From Pavona decussata (taxonomy: Eukaryota), in the NCBI GenBank assembly GCA_977016875.1, contig CDRNST010000010.1:2666001-2730000 (forward strand): DNA of 64,000 bases, read 5' to 3'. How positions within the stretch are numbered: the stretch's first letter is position 1; each line of letters begins with the position of its first letter. The notes beneath the pieces are model-generated. The model saw only the letters and a list, made by a program, of their open reading frames with translations. It searched no databases and was not told the DNA's origin. A program made the translations under genes and the position numbers. Shown here one piece after another: positions 38,931 through 52,400 of the stretch.

Positions 38931-41900
38931 GTGAGTAAGTAAATGAACTAAACAACAGTCATAACTGAATCTTTACTTCGTAGGCGATTCTTGGGATTTT
39001 ACAGCTCCGTTATTGGCCGACAGCACTTTTTGTGGTGAATTATCCAACAGGCACGTGCGTTTGGATTGAATGTACGCTTCTTTAAGGCCCTCAACCCAAC
39101 AAGAGAAAATTTACTTTTCTTGTTAATATTTATAAAACATTTTGTATTGAGTCGCGAGATATAAGTGCAGATAAAATTTTTAGAAGTGCATCAGCAGTTC
39201 GAAAATCAATAAGACAATTAAGATTTCATCCTTACAAAAACGTTCCGCTGCTAAAATATTCAGAAGAGGGATAAAAAAATACTAGCTGGTCTTACCAACG
39301 GGTTACAGTACCAACATTTCAGCAACAACTGAACAAATAGTCCAGTTTTCGTCTCAATCTATTCCAAATATCTTAGGTGATTATATTCCGAACGAACTAA
39401 TAAACTGGAATTTTTAACAAGAAGCTTTTCATGATCAAATTCTAATCGATCAGCTTGCCATTTTTGTCAGTTTCATATTTTAAGTCGAGAAACACGATTG
39501 TGTTCACAATTTAAGTTACTTGTCTTTTCGTTAACGTGATTTATTCCACTGCTATCACCGCTGTTTCACGACTTTGTGAAGATTCTTTCTAACTAAAGCC
39601 GCTATTCGCGGCAACAAAGGACTTAACACTGACTGGATTATGATGGTAGTTGTCGCCCTCGGCGAATAAATAAGGGAGCGGCCGGGCCGAGACGAATTGC
39701 AAAAATCGGAACAAATCAGCCCCCCTCGGAAACTTGTAACAATTAGATTGTTTCATGGAATCCGTTAACTTCACCAAGGCTATTCAGCGAGCCATAACGA
39801 AGAGGATGGCTTTGCAAAATGATGACAAGATAAATTCCTGTTCCCTGTTTATTGCCGGCTGGGTGTTTATCGGGCGCCAATCGTAGTTTATAGTGGCGAT
39901 CAACATTATATCAGCCTGTTGTACGTTTCCCCGCTAAACAGCTTTTTGTAAGTGGTTCCACTCCATAGCGAATTTAAAGTCTCGTTTCTTAAGAAGAACT
40001 GGATCAAATGATCATAGGTTTCGAGAAGGTGTGAAAATAATACGATTGGAAACATCCAAAGTTTTGACATGTGGATATAAAACATTAAACAGTCAAGGCG
40101 CAACAAAGTTGAAAGTACCCACATTTCTACAAAGAAAAGATCACTTTTTGTCTCAATCGATCAAATCCAGATATCTGAGGCGATTTCATTAATTTCTTCC
40201 GAACAAACTAATAAACCATAATTTAACAGGAATAAAATCATGAAACTTCGGAAATTCTAATCGATCAGCTTAGCATTTATGTAAATTTCAATAACGTAAA
40301 GAAACACGTTTGTATTTGCAAGTTTTGTCTTTTCGTTAACGTCATTTATTTCATTAGTGCTATCACTGTTGTTTCACAAATGTTGTTACATGACTTTGTG
40401 AAGTTCAGTTTCTGTCGAAGGATCTTATCATACGCAAAGTGAACACCCAAAAATTTTTACTGCTTTTTCTTAACTTAAGTTCCTCTAATTACATCTTTGT
40501 GTACAATTGTGGGGGTTGACTTTAACCTAAATAAGTATTTTCGTCTTTTCACAGTTGATACGTAAGACCACAGCATGCTCCAAATTCATCGGTGATATCG
40601 GTGAATTCGCTTGAATTGGTTACTCGTTTAGAGTTGGTAAAAGCGAAGCTTACTTTTGAATCCAGTCCATTGAGTATATCAGTTCAGTCAGCACAGCCGA
40701 GCGTGCTAATCTATATCCTAGTCACGTTTGCGTGAAGGGAGGGAACTAGTCAGAAACTTTCAAGTAAGTGTTTATTTATAATATTGTTATAGTTTTTTAA
40801 TATAAGTGTGTGTGTTTGATGTGGCCATCATTGTACAGGCACAATTAAAGGATCCAGAATGTGACGCAAACTAATAACGAAATATGCACAATTTTGATGA
40901 AAGTTTGCGATCATAAATATCATCTTCCTGAATCATTTAGTGACATTATATATATAAAAAATTACAATTTTTTCTTCATTGTTCTCTAACTAATCAGTTT
41001 ATTCGAGGAAGGCCGGACTACAAAAACAAAAGCAGCTCCTGTAGTGTCCTTTGCCCACAAGGGTTGCGGTCGGGCTGTGAAGGCCTTTATTTCTCAGGCG
41101 TTAGAAAGAAAGCATAGAACGTTTATTCGAAGTCATCAGTGACACTGGATAATCAGTTGACCTCGGTCATTTCAGTACTCTGCTAGTAACTAACAATTGC
41201 TTACTGAGAAATTTGAAATTGATGTTGTTTTTGAAAGGTATTAAATTTTGTGTTCTACTGAAGCGAATCCGAATCGACTGCTGCGTTTGGCACTACCAAC
41301 TGCTGTTTAAACGGTACACCAGGGGGCCTAACTTGCATTTGCCCGCTGGATGACTGCTAAAGAAAACTGGCCGTTAAATTATTTATTTCCCTAAGGTTAA
41401 ACTCTTTTTTTCTGAAACGATTCGTTAGACCATAAAGAAAGGAGTGGAGACCTTTTGATAATTTGCAAGAAGCGGAAACTAATTTTAAAAAAATATATGC
41501 ACCTAATTGCTACAGCGGCGTCACAGAAAACTGATAACCGAAAAAAAGCCTGAAATACGCATTATAGCTTGCAGTTCTAAATGGCGTCACGCGTAATAAA
41601 GATAAAATGAAACTGGTTAACCCGTATTTTGAAGTGTTTCGTGTTGTTCGTTACAGTAGGAAACGCCACTCTCCTTTTCAGAAAGCGCTATCAGAGCAAG
41701 GACCACTAGTTAAAAACATCATTCTTGAAGGACAGCTGGTTACCGTCTCCAAATCAATACTCAACTGTTTGAACACTGTGCGGCTAGGCAAGTAAAACGT
41801 GTACCTTACATAAATTATTAGTCTCTTAACTTTTTGTTTCGTGACTTTTCAAGTTTAAGTATTGTTATCTAACCTCGAATGTTACTTAGATCGTTTGTGC

Positions 41901-43403
41901 CCATAGCGTCACAAAAAGACCTCTTATACTATCTTCGTATGTTTATAATATGCCAGTTATACTGTAAACGCCATTTTTCATGAACAGTTTGCACGCTAAT
42001 TATTTATTTTGCTAATTACAAGTTCTCATCAGTAGAGAAGCGATCAAAGTTGAATATTTCTATATTCGCCCGTCGTAAATTTTCATAGTATGTTTTAATA
42101 GGCATAAAGGATTTAGAACCTGCAAGGAATACTATTCTGGTCACTGAGAGATCGACTCTTTTAAAGTTAGGATCATGTGCAGATATTGGCATCTTGATAA
42201 ATTATGGGTTTCTTGATATGCATGTAAGCTAAAGCTGTGATGACATTATCCTGCATCTTTTCTAAAGACTTCTTCCTTGTGTTTGTTTCTTCCTTTTTTC
42301 ACATCTGTGCTTATTGTTAAACCGTCAATCAGACTGTAAAACGAGCTCCACTAATATCTGACCTGCTGACGCCACAACTGTATGAACTAAGATTATCATC
42401 CCTACTAACTGAGTTGTAGCGCTACAAAAATACACTCGGCTCGTCTTCTTTCAATTCAAACATTGATGTCAGCTTGTTTTTCGACGTCTACACTTGATGA
42501 ATAAAAATTTCATTTTTTTTGTGGCTAGATACTGCTACTTGCTGAACAGTAGCCAACTTTGAAGGGCCGACAAATTCGATGAGATCGATAAACATCCCAC
42601 AGTTTTCAACCAACTTCTCAAAACAACAGTTCGAGAAATCGATAAACAACCAGCAAGTTTCAGGCCAAAATTTAAACCTTTATTTCTGACGGGCTGTTTA
42701 TATGAAAGCAATCAATGTTTATAGCGGCGATCAATATTATATTCGTTTGTCGCTCTTTTGGGCTCTTACTTTTTTGTTAGTGGTTTTATTAAGCCCAGTT
42801 CACACTTGTGAAATAACGACATAAGGGCGAAGTCACGCAAATGCGAAATAACAATTTGTGCATCAAGTTAAACAACATATCGTAATGACACAGCAACATA
42901 ATGACATGAGCATAACAGCATAAAGAAAAAACTGATCTTTTCTTTATTTCGACAGTGTGAACCAAGCTTACATAGCGAATTTAAACTTCCTTGTTTCTTC
43001 AAGAACTGGATCAAATGATCATTTGAATCGAAAAGGTGTGAAATTTTTCGATTCCAAACATCCAAAGTTTAAACATGTGGATTATAGGCATTAAACAGCA
43101 AAGGCGCAACATGTAAAATATCACCAGGATAGAACCACCTAACCTTGTCTCTCTTCGAGATGTGCCTGACATAAGAATTTTTGCATCAAAGGATTTCACT
43201 TTTTAGTTTATTTCCACAAGTATTTGCAGTAGACACATGTGCGTGTTGCGTACCTATTTTTAAAACATGCGGTAAATGTCCATGTGTACCAAGCAGACCA
43301 AAGTCTTTAAAATTCAGTTCGTTTAATTGTTTTGTTTTTCTTTCATGCAGTTTTTCCGTATGGGCACGGAAGACTCGACGATTAAGGAGTAACGAAGACA
43401 ACT

Positions 43404-46400
43404 ATGAACAGTGGGTGGATAGTAATATTCACGGTGAGTAAGTAAATGAACTAAACAACAGTCATAATTGAATCCCTACCTTATAGTTGATCCTTGGGAT
43501 TTTACAGCTCCGTTATTGGCCGACAGCACTTTTTGGGGTGACTCATTCAACAGGCACATGCGTTTGGATTAAATGTGCGCTTCTTTAAGGTCCTCACGCC
43601 AACAAGAAAAAAATTACTTTTCTTATTAATATTGATAACACATTTTGTCTTGAGTCGTGACATATTAGCGCAGATGGAATTTTTAGAAGTGCATCAGCAG
43701 TTCAAAAATCAATGAGACAAGATTCCATCCTTACAAAAATGTTCAGCTGCTAAAATATTCAGAAGAGGAATACGAAAATACTAGCTGGTTTTACCAACGG
43801 TTTAAAGTGCCCACGTTTCAACAACAAAATATCCAGTTTTCGTCTCAACCTTAAATAAATATCTGAGGTGATAATATTCATACGATCTAATAAACTGGAA
43901 TTTTATCGAGAATAATCTCATAAAGCTATTTATCATCAAATTCTAATTGATCAGCTTGGCATTTTTATCAGTTCATTTTAAGTAGAAAAACATGTTTGCA
44001 ATTTCAATTCAAGTAACTTGTTTTTCTTTAACGTAATTTCTTTCAGTGCTATCTGCACTGTTGATTCAAGAGTGCTGTTTCATGACTTTGTGATTCCTAA
44101 CTAATGCCGCTATTCGTGGCCATGAAGGGTTTGAAACTGTCATTATATTGATCATTATGATTGTTGCTGCCCTCGGCGAGAAATTTAGGGAGCGGACTTG
44201 GAAGAATTGCGATAATCGAAAAACTTGTAACGATTAGATTGTTCCATGGACTCAATAAACTTCAAAAAGGCTATTGAACGAGCCATAACGTTGGGTGGAT
44301 GGGATGAAAATGGATGCCAAGAAAAACTTTCTGTTACCTTTAACCTTTCCATTTTCTATTGACAGACCTGTACCAGTCTAATGGTCATGCTCTCTGGTAA
44401 GTCAATGCTATTTACTTATTTACTGGTCTGCAAGGTTTGGAGATAGCTGGTTACGTTGGGGCAGGGAGGGATCCAGCTAGAAATTTCAGTGTTCATGAAT
44501 TTCGCTAGTACTGGGCGTATAATCTGTCGTGAAACAAGATGACATCATAACTTCTTCGTGTTCNNNNNNNNNNNNNNNNNNNNNNNNNNNNNNNNNNNNN
44601 NNNNNNNNNNNNNNNNNNNNNNNNNNNNNNNNNNNNNNNNNNNNNNNNNNNNNNNNNNNNNNNNNNNNNNNNNNNNNNNNNNNNNNNNNNNNNNNNNNNN
44701 NNNNNNNNNNNNNNNNNNNNNTGTCTCCTTCTTTACAAATTCGTTTGATGAATTCAATAGGAGGAACACTTCAAAGCTCTATAACCAACAAACAATTAAA
44801 CATTCAAAGTTCCAAGTGCTACCTTTGACTGGACACTTTGTCCGCTGATCCTAGAGTATACGTTTCTATTTAGATCCGGGGTATGACAGGAAATATGGAT
44901 ACACTTCACATGAATGTGACCTTATCAGATTTATGGGAAGATGAAATAAAACTTCCTAGATTTGTGGGCGGATACAGTATGTCATGAGCGAGTCCTGGGA
45001 CTGTCAAAGTGATATATACTAATTAATCCCAAACAAGAAGTTTAAACCTGGGCCCAGCAATATTATTTTGTTGGCGTATGGTGGAGGATCAGATGAAACA
45101 GTGGCAGATATGGAGCCGTTTTGTCATTTATGAAGTTAAAAGAAGATAAAACCGGGGAAAAATCTTTGCAAAATGTTACACAGTTTGATCTCCTTACGCG
45201 AAAGGTATTCAATCAAAACTTAATGGGGGTGGGGTGGGGGCAATTGTTTTAAAATGGATCTCGATCCACTTCAATTTTGTTCATAACTTCTAAATAACAA
45301 ATACAACAAATCTCATTTACCAAGTTGAATTGACTATTTTTTGCCTTTTTGTCTGCAATTACTTTTGATCTTGCAGCGGGTAATTATTTGAAACTAGCTA
45401 ATGGAAACTTCAAAGGAGAAGGAAGAGTGGAAATTTTCTACAATGGCACCTGGGGAACTATTTGTGACGACAACTGGGATATGAAAGACGCGCATGTCGT
45501 TTGTTATGAACTTGGGTTCAGTAAGGCCCTTAGTGCTCCAACAAACGCCCGGTTTGGTGCAGGAAGTGGCCCCATATGGCTGGATGACGTGCAGTGCATG
45601 GGCGCTGAAAGTTCCTTGATGAATTGCCGGCACAATGGATGGAAAGTTCACAATTGTGGCCACCATGAAGATGCATCAGTGATCTGCTTAAGGAATTTAA
45701 GTATGGCAGTTATATTTTTGTACCCAAAAGAAAATTGTTTTGAAATAATTACATGCAAGAGAGTAATGTTTTGTTATTGTAATATCTGATCAAGGAAAAA
45801 GAATTGGATGAAATGCTGATCACATTCTAGAATCATATCTAATCCTTTAATTTAGTAAAAAGTGCGGGAAGTGAACGAAATGAATTGCCTACTGGCGTTG
45901 AACAGAAATGCGTGGACTGAAATCACATATGCAATTTAAGATAGCAGTGTAACCGCTTATGAACACAAGGTCGACAATCATAGTAACTGAATAGTTAGCA
46001 AGCGGTTTGACCAGTTAACCAGGGCAAATACCATGCAATAACAAGTTAAATTAATTACACTAGAATCCATGCTCCATCAAAGAACTTTGGTTCAAAATAG
46101 CTAAAACGGGAACTTAATATGCGTATCTTTCCAATGAAAGAAGGAAAAAATAATTCGAAGCAGTAGGATTGCTGAAAAATAAATTGAAAAGACACGTTTA
46201 CATATTTACTATTTAAGTTCCTTTTTCGAAAAAAATGATGAAAATTTCCATAGATTCGTAGAGTTAAACGGCGGGAGTTTACACATTAACAGGAATCCTG
46301 CACAAGATTGACTGTTTAAGAGGGTGTCCGCGTTGGAACGGATAAGGCAAATTTCGGCTTTTCACCGATTTCGCTGATTTTTTCTATGAACATCAATCTT

Positions 46401-49400
46401 TATATCCCATAAACCAATATCACATTTACTGAGCTCAATACGATTTTTTTCGTTGTTGGCGAGACGGTTTACAAGGTGACCTCAAAACCACCCAATTTAC
46501 TTTTTGGGAATCTACAATTTAGCTATACATTGTTGGTGCTGTCAAAACGCCATTCCTTGCTCAAAAACCTTGAATATTTTACACATTGACTGGAGTTCCA
46601 TTTATCAATAAGAATATAAATGTTTAACTTTTGGTTTCTGTGAAATTTTGACTGAGTTACAGTTTTTTCAAAATACCTCCTCCTAAACTTCAGAATACAT
46701 TAAACATGACATACATGTAGTTAAAGCCTATATGCACAAAAGTGGAACCTGACTTAGGGTCAAGTCTATTTTAACTCAAAAGCACTAACACCAATCTACT
46801 AATGTATGGAATAAAATTTGTGGGCACTCTTCGCTGCGTGCCGTACAGAGCTCCGCGATTTCCCTAATATTCACGGATTTCAATCGAAACTAAACATAAA
46901 GCCGTCAGACCGATAGAAATCGAACTCTTTGTAACCCGTCTCGCCAACAACGAAAAAAATCGTATTGGGCTCATTAACTGTGATATTTGCTTATAGGATA
47001 TAATGATTGAGGTTCATAAAAGAAATCAGGAAAATCGGTGAAAAGCCGAAATTTGCCTTATCCGTTCTCACGCAGACAGCCTCTTAACACTTGCAATTTT
47101 TGCAATTCCTGTTCCTGTTGCAGTTTTTTCCTTGGATTCTTATAACTGGCCATAATCTTGCTTGGTACTTCCTTGAAGTAATGTCATTGTAATCTTGTGT
47201 TTTAGAGGACAAAGTCCTTGGCCACTGGTTCTTGGATGGGCGAGACCAGAACATAAGGTTGGTCATGTAATTTGTCGATTTTTATAAGGGTGTTTCATAT
47301 CAAAGCTCTTAGGAATTGTATTCAACCGGTATTGTTGGGTTGGTTGTCCGCCATTAACATTTCCTTGGAAGGCAGCTGACTGTTTCTCAGTGTGCACGTT
47401 CGGTAAACCAGGTACGCCAATGAATGTCACAAGCGAGGGCTTGGTGGGGGAAGGGGGGGGGGGGGGGTGTTGGTGGTGGTGATTTGGTATAGAGTAACTA
47501 AATATATGTTCGTTTTCAAAAATTGGCAGTTAAATCCAGTTTAATGTGCTGTATTATTGTTAGATATCTTACGAAAAAAATCCCAATTCCTGATCAGCAG
47601 TTCAAGTTCAAACCATTTAAAGGTTGTCGGTTGACCCAGGGGGAGATATTGGGGACAATGAAAAACTCGAAACGGACGGGAAAAAAAGTTGGGAGGAAAA
47701 GTAAGAACGCCTGGGGACAGATTTTTTATAAACAAATTCCAATAGGCCGAGCAAATACTGGCTCTTGATTGGGCGGAAAAACTTTTGTATTTTTCTGCCA
47801 AATTGGCGAGCAACAAAAGGCCAAAGACCAGCACAAAGAACAACAAGAAAGCTAGTTTGCTTGCCATGTTTGCTATGCCCGTTCAACGAGAATTAAACTG
47901 AAGGGGAAAATCTCCGTCTCAAAGGCCAATATGTCAGAAAAATTATTCGCAATGGCTGAAGAAAAAGCGATGGAAAATACTGTGGAATTTTTAAAAACGT
48001 GTTCTAACAGTAGCGTTTTTTGAGAGGTTCCGAGTTTCCTGATTCGCCGATCAACAATCAAGGGATGCCGGAAAAAAATGTCAGCACTTTAAATCTTGCA
48101 AATGTTTTTTGATGGAAACTTTCCAAGACGGAGACGGGGAATTTCCCTTCAGTTCAATTCTCGTCGAACGGCGAGCAAACTCGCCATCTTGTTGTTCTTC
48201 GTGTTACAGCACACCAAATTGGTTTGTAGCCTTTGCTGCTTCGATTGGGCAGAAAGCTGAAAACAAAACTATTTTAGTCATCCCATGTATTTGATAGATA
48301 GATGAGAAAAATTGGATAACTGTGGGTTGAAACTAAAATCTCGATATTTGGTTGGGCTTTATATCTACAAATTTACATGAAAAGCTATCACTATAATTAA
48401 CTATGTAATGAATTATGGCTCTGTGTTTTCTCGTTACATACAAAGACAAGTATTAACAATTTTTTCCTTGCTTTTTTTAGTTTCAGTGGGTTGCCGCAGT
48501 TTATCGAAGGAAGGTGTCCTGGCAGTAAAGCTCCCATTTTCAACCAATCAAATTTCTTCGCCTCTGCCCCTAAAGTGAATTTCAATGGTTCCAGTTTCAC
48601 GATCTCCTGCTGGATAAAACAAACGAAATACAGACAGATGGGGGTGATTTATGGAGACTGGCATTACCCTCGCGGGCAGTTTCTGCTTAGCGCTGCCAAT
48701 CAAAGTATTGTATTCTATCGTCACAGCATCGTAAACAACGACTGGTGGTCGTTGCAAAGTACCAACCTTTCTTTGATTGACTGGACACATGTTGTGGTCA
48801 CGTGGCATCACGTCACTCGGAATGTGGCAATCTATGCTAACGGTAAAGAAGTAGGCAGGAGGATGTATTCTCCAAAGGAAACATTCTACGGACCCACGGG
48901 GAAGCCTTTCATGATTGGTAATGACGGCCTTACACTTGACCACCAGTTCTACGGATCAGTGATGGATCTTTACGTATTTCACGAGGCGTTATTGTTGGAT
49001 GAAATCAACGTGATAAGAGGTGTGAGGTTTATGGCATTTCCTAGTGATAAATACTGAACATTTTCAAATTTAAAAGAAAAATGTTAACTTGCAGGGCTGT
49101 TTCATTAAAAAAATTCCTTTTCTGCATGGAAAGACAGTATTAGACATTTCAAATCCACGCTTATGAATGGTCTGGCGACGCGGTGAATCTCCTTTCATTT
49201 CATACTTTTGCCCCATTTACGGAATAATAAAACTTTTGAAGACTTAATACAACACTTCCTTTTGGTATGAGTGGAATTGGCTGAATTTTCTTTAATACCA
49301 CCTAAATTATTAGTTTTGATTGATTGATAGCTTTGGATTCTTGTAATAAAGCTATAAGCGCTATAATCTTTTGGTACCGTGTGACTGTCATACCTAATCG

Positions 49401-52400
49401 TACCTTTTTGGCTCGCCGTGGGTATTTTGGCTTGACGGAGGGCGATAAGCTATTTACAGTACCCAAATCCAGACCAAATCCTGGTGATATTTTTAGAGTT
49501 TACATTAATAAAATCTGCCAGGCGACCTTCGTGTGGCCCACAAAGAGAATAATACGGCGGAGTCAACAAACGACGCAAAAAGTGATGAATGTAGCATCCT
49601 ACATTGACAACAATGATAAAATTGCGATTTAACAAACGAATAAAGACGATTGAACAAATATCCTTGAATGGATCTTTTTTAGGTGTTCCAGTGATCGATA
49701 GCCAAGGTAATGTCAATGAAGTTGAAGGAGGAGCCATTGCAGTGAAATGGCAGCCTCTCTTGGAAGACGTCTGTCAAGTCGAGCAGCACAAAGTCTACTA
49801 CAGAGAAATCTTTTCACAGGCAAACAAAGGCAAATGGAGCTCGGTTACTGTTAATAGAAATGCGACAAGCTACATCCTGCACCTTCACTGTTGGAAAGAA
49901 TATGAAATAGCGGTTACGTCTCTAAATTCAAATGGAGAGAGTTCGATCAATGACAGAGAGGTGTGGAAATTCAGAACACTAGGAGGTAATTTATGATGGT
50001 TCTTTTAACATCAGTTCCTGTCAAATTAAAGGTTCCCTTGAAATGAAAGAAAATAATACTGTCTAACAATGATGTCAGTTCAGTCAAGGTAACTGAAGTT
50101 CATGTAACAAGCAGTGCGGAAATTAACTTAAAAGGCATTAGATAATAGTTAGACTCAATAGTTCTCTGGTCACCATATACTAGCCTAAAATACAGACTTA
50201 CTTTTGGCGGGAGAACTGGTATATTCTATTCTCCAGCTAGCATCTTGACTTGGAGAAATCATGTGAATTGATTCGAGTTTACCAAAGGAACACCATCTGC
50301 CATTAAATAAGCTCATTTCCGATAGACTTATCTGAGAGGGCACACAAGTCCGCTAAAAGCTATTCGTTGATACAAACCAAGAATAACTCTTCGGCTTATT
50401 GTGAAGTAGAACTATACTACTAGACGCATTTAGCAACAGCTGATATTTTTGGTTCCAGGAGATAACTGCTGTGTTGAAGCTAATTTTCAAAGTCAATCAG
50501 GATGGGTAAATTGCTCCCTGGGAAGATACCTGAATGGAGTCTGGAAAAACTTGTCTGGAAAAAGTGATGGCATGGACCATGTCACAAAAGGGAGATGCTG
50601 CACACCTCCACAGGAATACCAAGATGAAACACTTGTTTGTCAAACAGCAGACTGGAAAACTCCTCTAAGCAGGTCAGTAAAGTTAGTGACTTTAAATTGG
50701 TCTTAAGTATTGAAGAAAGTTCTGCTTCTTGCGAGGCTCAATTTGCAAGAACGCCTATGTTGTCGTTAAGGCAGCAAATTATCCCCGAGATAATTTGATT
50801 TTCGAATACTCTTCTCTTGATCTAGCTTTATTGATGCAATGGATCTGTGACGTGGGCTGTTGATTAGAACATCAATGTAATTATTTTCCGTTTTTATCGG
50901 GGTCCGAGTATTTTCTTTGAACTGAACGGTTAAGTTTCTTTGGAAATCAAATTAAAAATCAAGCAACTAACCGCATTTTAAATAGAAGAAAGACCCTCGC
51001 AGTTATTTACGCAACTAACGAGTTGCGAAAAGAAAGCCTGAAAAAATTTAGGTTTGAACTGGTTTCGCACCCATGACCTCTGCGATGCAGATATAGCCGG
51101 CTCTACCAACTAAACTATCAAGCAAACTGGGAGCTGGTCATATTGTGAGTTCGTAATGTAGGCGTGAAGGATGAATGAATGGACATTTATATAGGAAACT
51201 ATTATTTTAACTGCGGGTGAAAGATCAAATTTAGGTTTCATATGTTCATATTCATTTAACCACATTTTGCGCGACTATATTTTTTCTTTCCAAACCTAGC
51301 AACCACATCTGGGCTGTCTGTCCTCACGGATATTTTCTTCAAGGATTTTACCGCTCTGATGATACTGGGACTGGGCTGCATAACATCAAGCAAGCAACAT
51401 GCTGCAGGCCTAGAAACTTCAAAACCGTTCCCCTGGACTGCTATGATCACAATGTGACGGTTTTAGTTGCTAAAACAGGCTGGAGTAAATGTCAAGACTG
51501 GTCCTATCTAGCCGGTGTATATAAGGGAGTCTGTGACAAGTTTCACTGTATTGAAACTTTCAGATGCTGTAGGATGCCTCCCTCAGGTATCTGTGCACTG
51601 TATACACTGTTGTGCCAATTTACAAACATGAATCCACGCTCTATCTTAAATTTCTCTAAGTTCCTATTTCAATAAGATTGCGTATAAATAATCTGAATTA
51701 TACATATAAACTCCAAAGTGTACGGATCATAAAGTCTTGCTATTTTGGGCAGAATTTCTTTGATCCAGCGTTTCTAGACTGGATCAGAAGTTGAGACAAG
51801 GGATCAGGAGCCCCCCTTTAATGAGTGTAGGACATTTTTAGATGCACCTAAGCTAAAGCCAAGATTAACTCACTATAGTACAAACATTACGCAAGGACAC
51901 ATGATAATGACCCCAACTAACGTTTTTGTACCTGTTGCTGCATTTTTAGAGATGATTGTCCTTGGCCACTGGAAGCTAGATGGCAGCGATCAGGACATAA
52001 GGTTGGTCAATTACTATATATTTGAGCGACCAGTAAAACCTTATAGTTTTTTGTAGGAAAAAAGTTCGTTGAAATTGAACTATATATGTTTCGAACAACA
52101 TAATCCTGTTCAAGGTTGACATGTAAGTCATTTTAGCTAAATTAAGAATAAAAAAAATCGCCAACCGTTGTTTGTCACCATAACTGACTGTTCATACGTC
52201 TCTGAAATACGGATAAAATGGTACTTGGCATCGGATTGGGTTTTGATCATCAACGTTAATAACTGCGAATAGAAAAATACTAATCAATTTCCTGAAGGGA
52301 TTTTTGAAAGAAGGTTACACTTTTTAAATGGAGTACTTTTTTTAAGGTTGTACAGTTACACGTTTATAAGCTTTTTTTTTCCTATGTCAGTTTCAGTGGT

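Noticed and set aside
50985-51220. tRNA gene
   Set aside because: Box A and B are degenerate, no convincing cloverleaf, and the homologue in copy A is partly deleted. Better explained as a SINE-like repeat.
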